A stretch of 64,000 bases of DNA. It comes from Callorhinchus milii. Taxonomy: Eukaryota. The stretch lies in contig NW_024704743.1 in NCBI RefSeq assembly GCF_018977255.1, positions 51,276,001-51,340,000 of the forward strand. The letters run 5' to 3'. The notes below the pieces were generated by a model. That model saw only the letters and a list, made by a program, of their open reading frames with translations. It searched no databases and had not been told where the DNA came from. Below, one piece after another: positions 63,170 through 64,000 of this stretch (positions are counted from its first letter, which is position 1; the number at the start of each line of letters is the position of its first letter). The position numbers and the translations under genes are program-made.

Positions 63170-63528
63170 TAATAATCCTTAAAATAATCTTTGCATATGA
63201 TATAGCACCTTATCACACCTTCAAGAATATACTGTAAAGTATACACTGTAAAGTGAATTGACTGTATATTTTTTGGATGAAACATGACAGCAGTGTCCCG
63301 CAAACAGTGATGGACTGAATGACCAATTATTATTTTAAAAATGTTTTAAGGGATTATTACCCCTAGAAAGCGATCCACCAATCGACTAATAACTGGGTTT
63401 TTACTTACCGATAGGTAAACCAAGGCATATAGATTAAGCAGACTTCTCTAACATTTTAACCTGCCCAGGAATCGCCAGGTCCTCATGCTTGTGAGGCGAG
63501 TGCTCTCACCACTATGCTACAGGACTCT
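63170..63528 (-). mobile_element. Young tRNA-derived SINE, long form, more diverged
   Basis: Collinear with 16107-16478, including the internal GAAAGCGATCCACCAATCGACTAA...GGTAAAC segment. Confidence 0.88.
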
Positions 63529-64000
63529 ACGATTAGTGTGTAATTGTGGTTAACATTGCTGACAGGGTTTCTAGTCTTGACATAAGTAGACACTTAGATA
63601 AGATACAGATCATATAAAATTAAATCCAATCTGATTAGAATGGTTTAGGTTGTAACATATACTTGGGATTATGATGATCTTATTAACCATTCTAGTCTAT
63701 GAGATCTGCAGAGCCTTTTCACGTTGTTACCGTCTTATTATAGTCTTGCTCATCAGAAACTCAGTAAACATACTTTTTTGGGAGGAAATAAACAGTTTTG
63801 GCATTCTGATGTCAGAAAATGAACTATCTGAAACCAACAATTTTCATGCTCTGATGCCATTTAGCAATTGTGCTTATGTACAGATGCTGAAACTGTCTGC
63901 TCACCTTAGTTTTAGAATAATCAGTTGATATTACATTTCAGTAAAACCATCACTTTTCAGCAAAATGCGTACGCTGCAATATAGTCTTTTTAAATAACAG

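Noticed and set aside
1..64000. Other IrxA cluster genes (irx2, irx4) or prokaryotic-type systems
   Set aside because: Only one homeobox is present; no operon-like, phage, Cas or rRNA sequence seen.

Overview
Vertebrate genomic DNA, almost certainly from a cartilaginous fish; the repeat set suggests a chimaera such as Callorhinchus, which is inference. The only protein-coding gene I can support is the Iroquois homeobox gene Irx1 on the minus strand. It has four coding exons (49438-49211, 46166-45197, 44898-44829, 44470-44416) joined by GT-AG introns into a 440-aa ORF with a TALE homeodomain and an IRO box. Irx1 lies inside a roughly 20-kb CpG-rich, microsatellite-rich, almost transposon-free domain (about 38-58 kb). 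The flanks are gene-desert sequence with decayed CR1 and L2 LINEs, old DeuSINE/SacSINE1-like and AmnSINE2-like SINEs, a younger tRNA-headed SINE in long and short forms, small palindromic MITE-like elements and several enhancer-like unique blocks. I found no convincing wholly new multi-gene system. The best leads are a near-perfect 71-nt hairpin just downstream of Irx1, an in-frame alternative splice donor on Irx1 exon 2, a dispersed 100-120-bp palindrome family, repeated nesting of young retroelements inside old DeuSINEs, and an unexplained CpG-dense block upstream of Irx1. Repeat-family names and orthologue comparisons come from recalled sequences, not from a database search.
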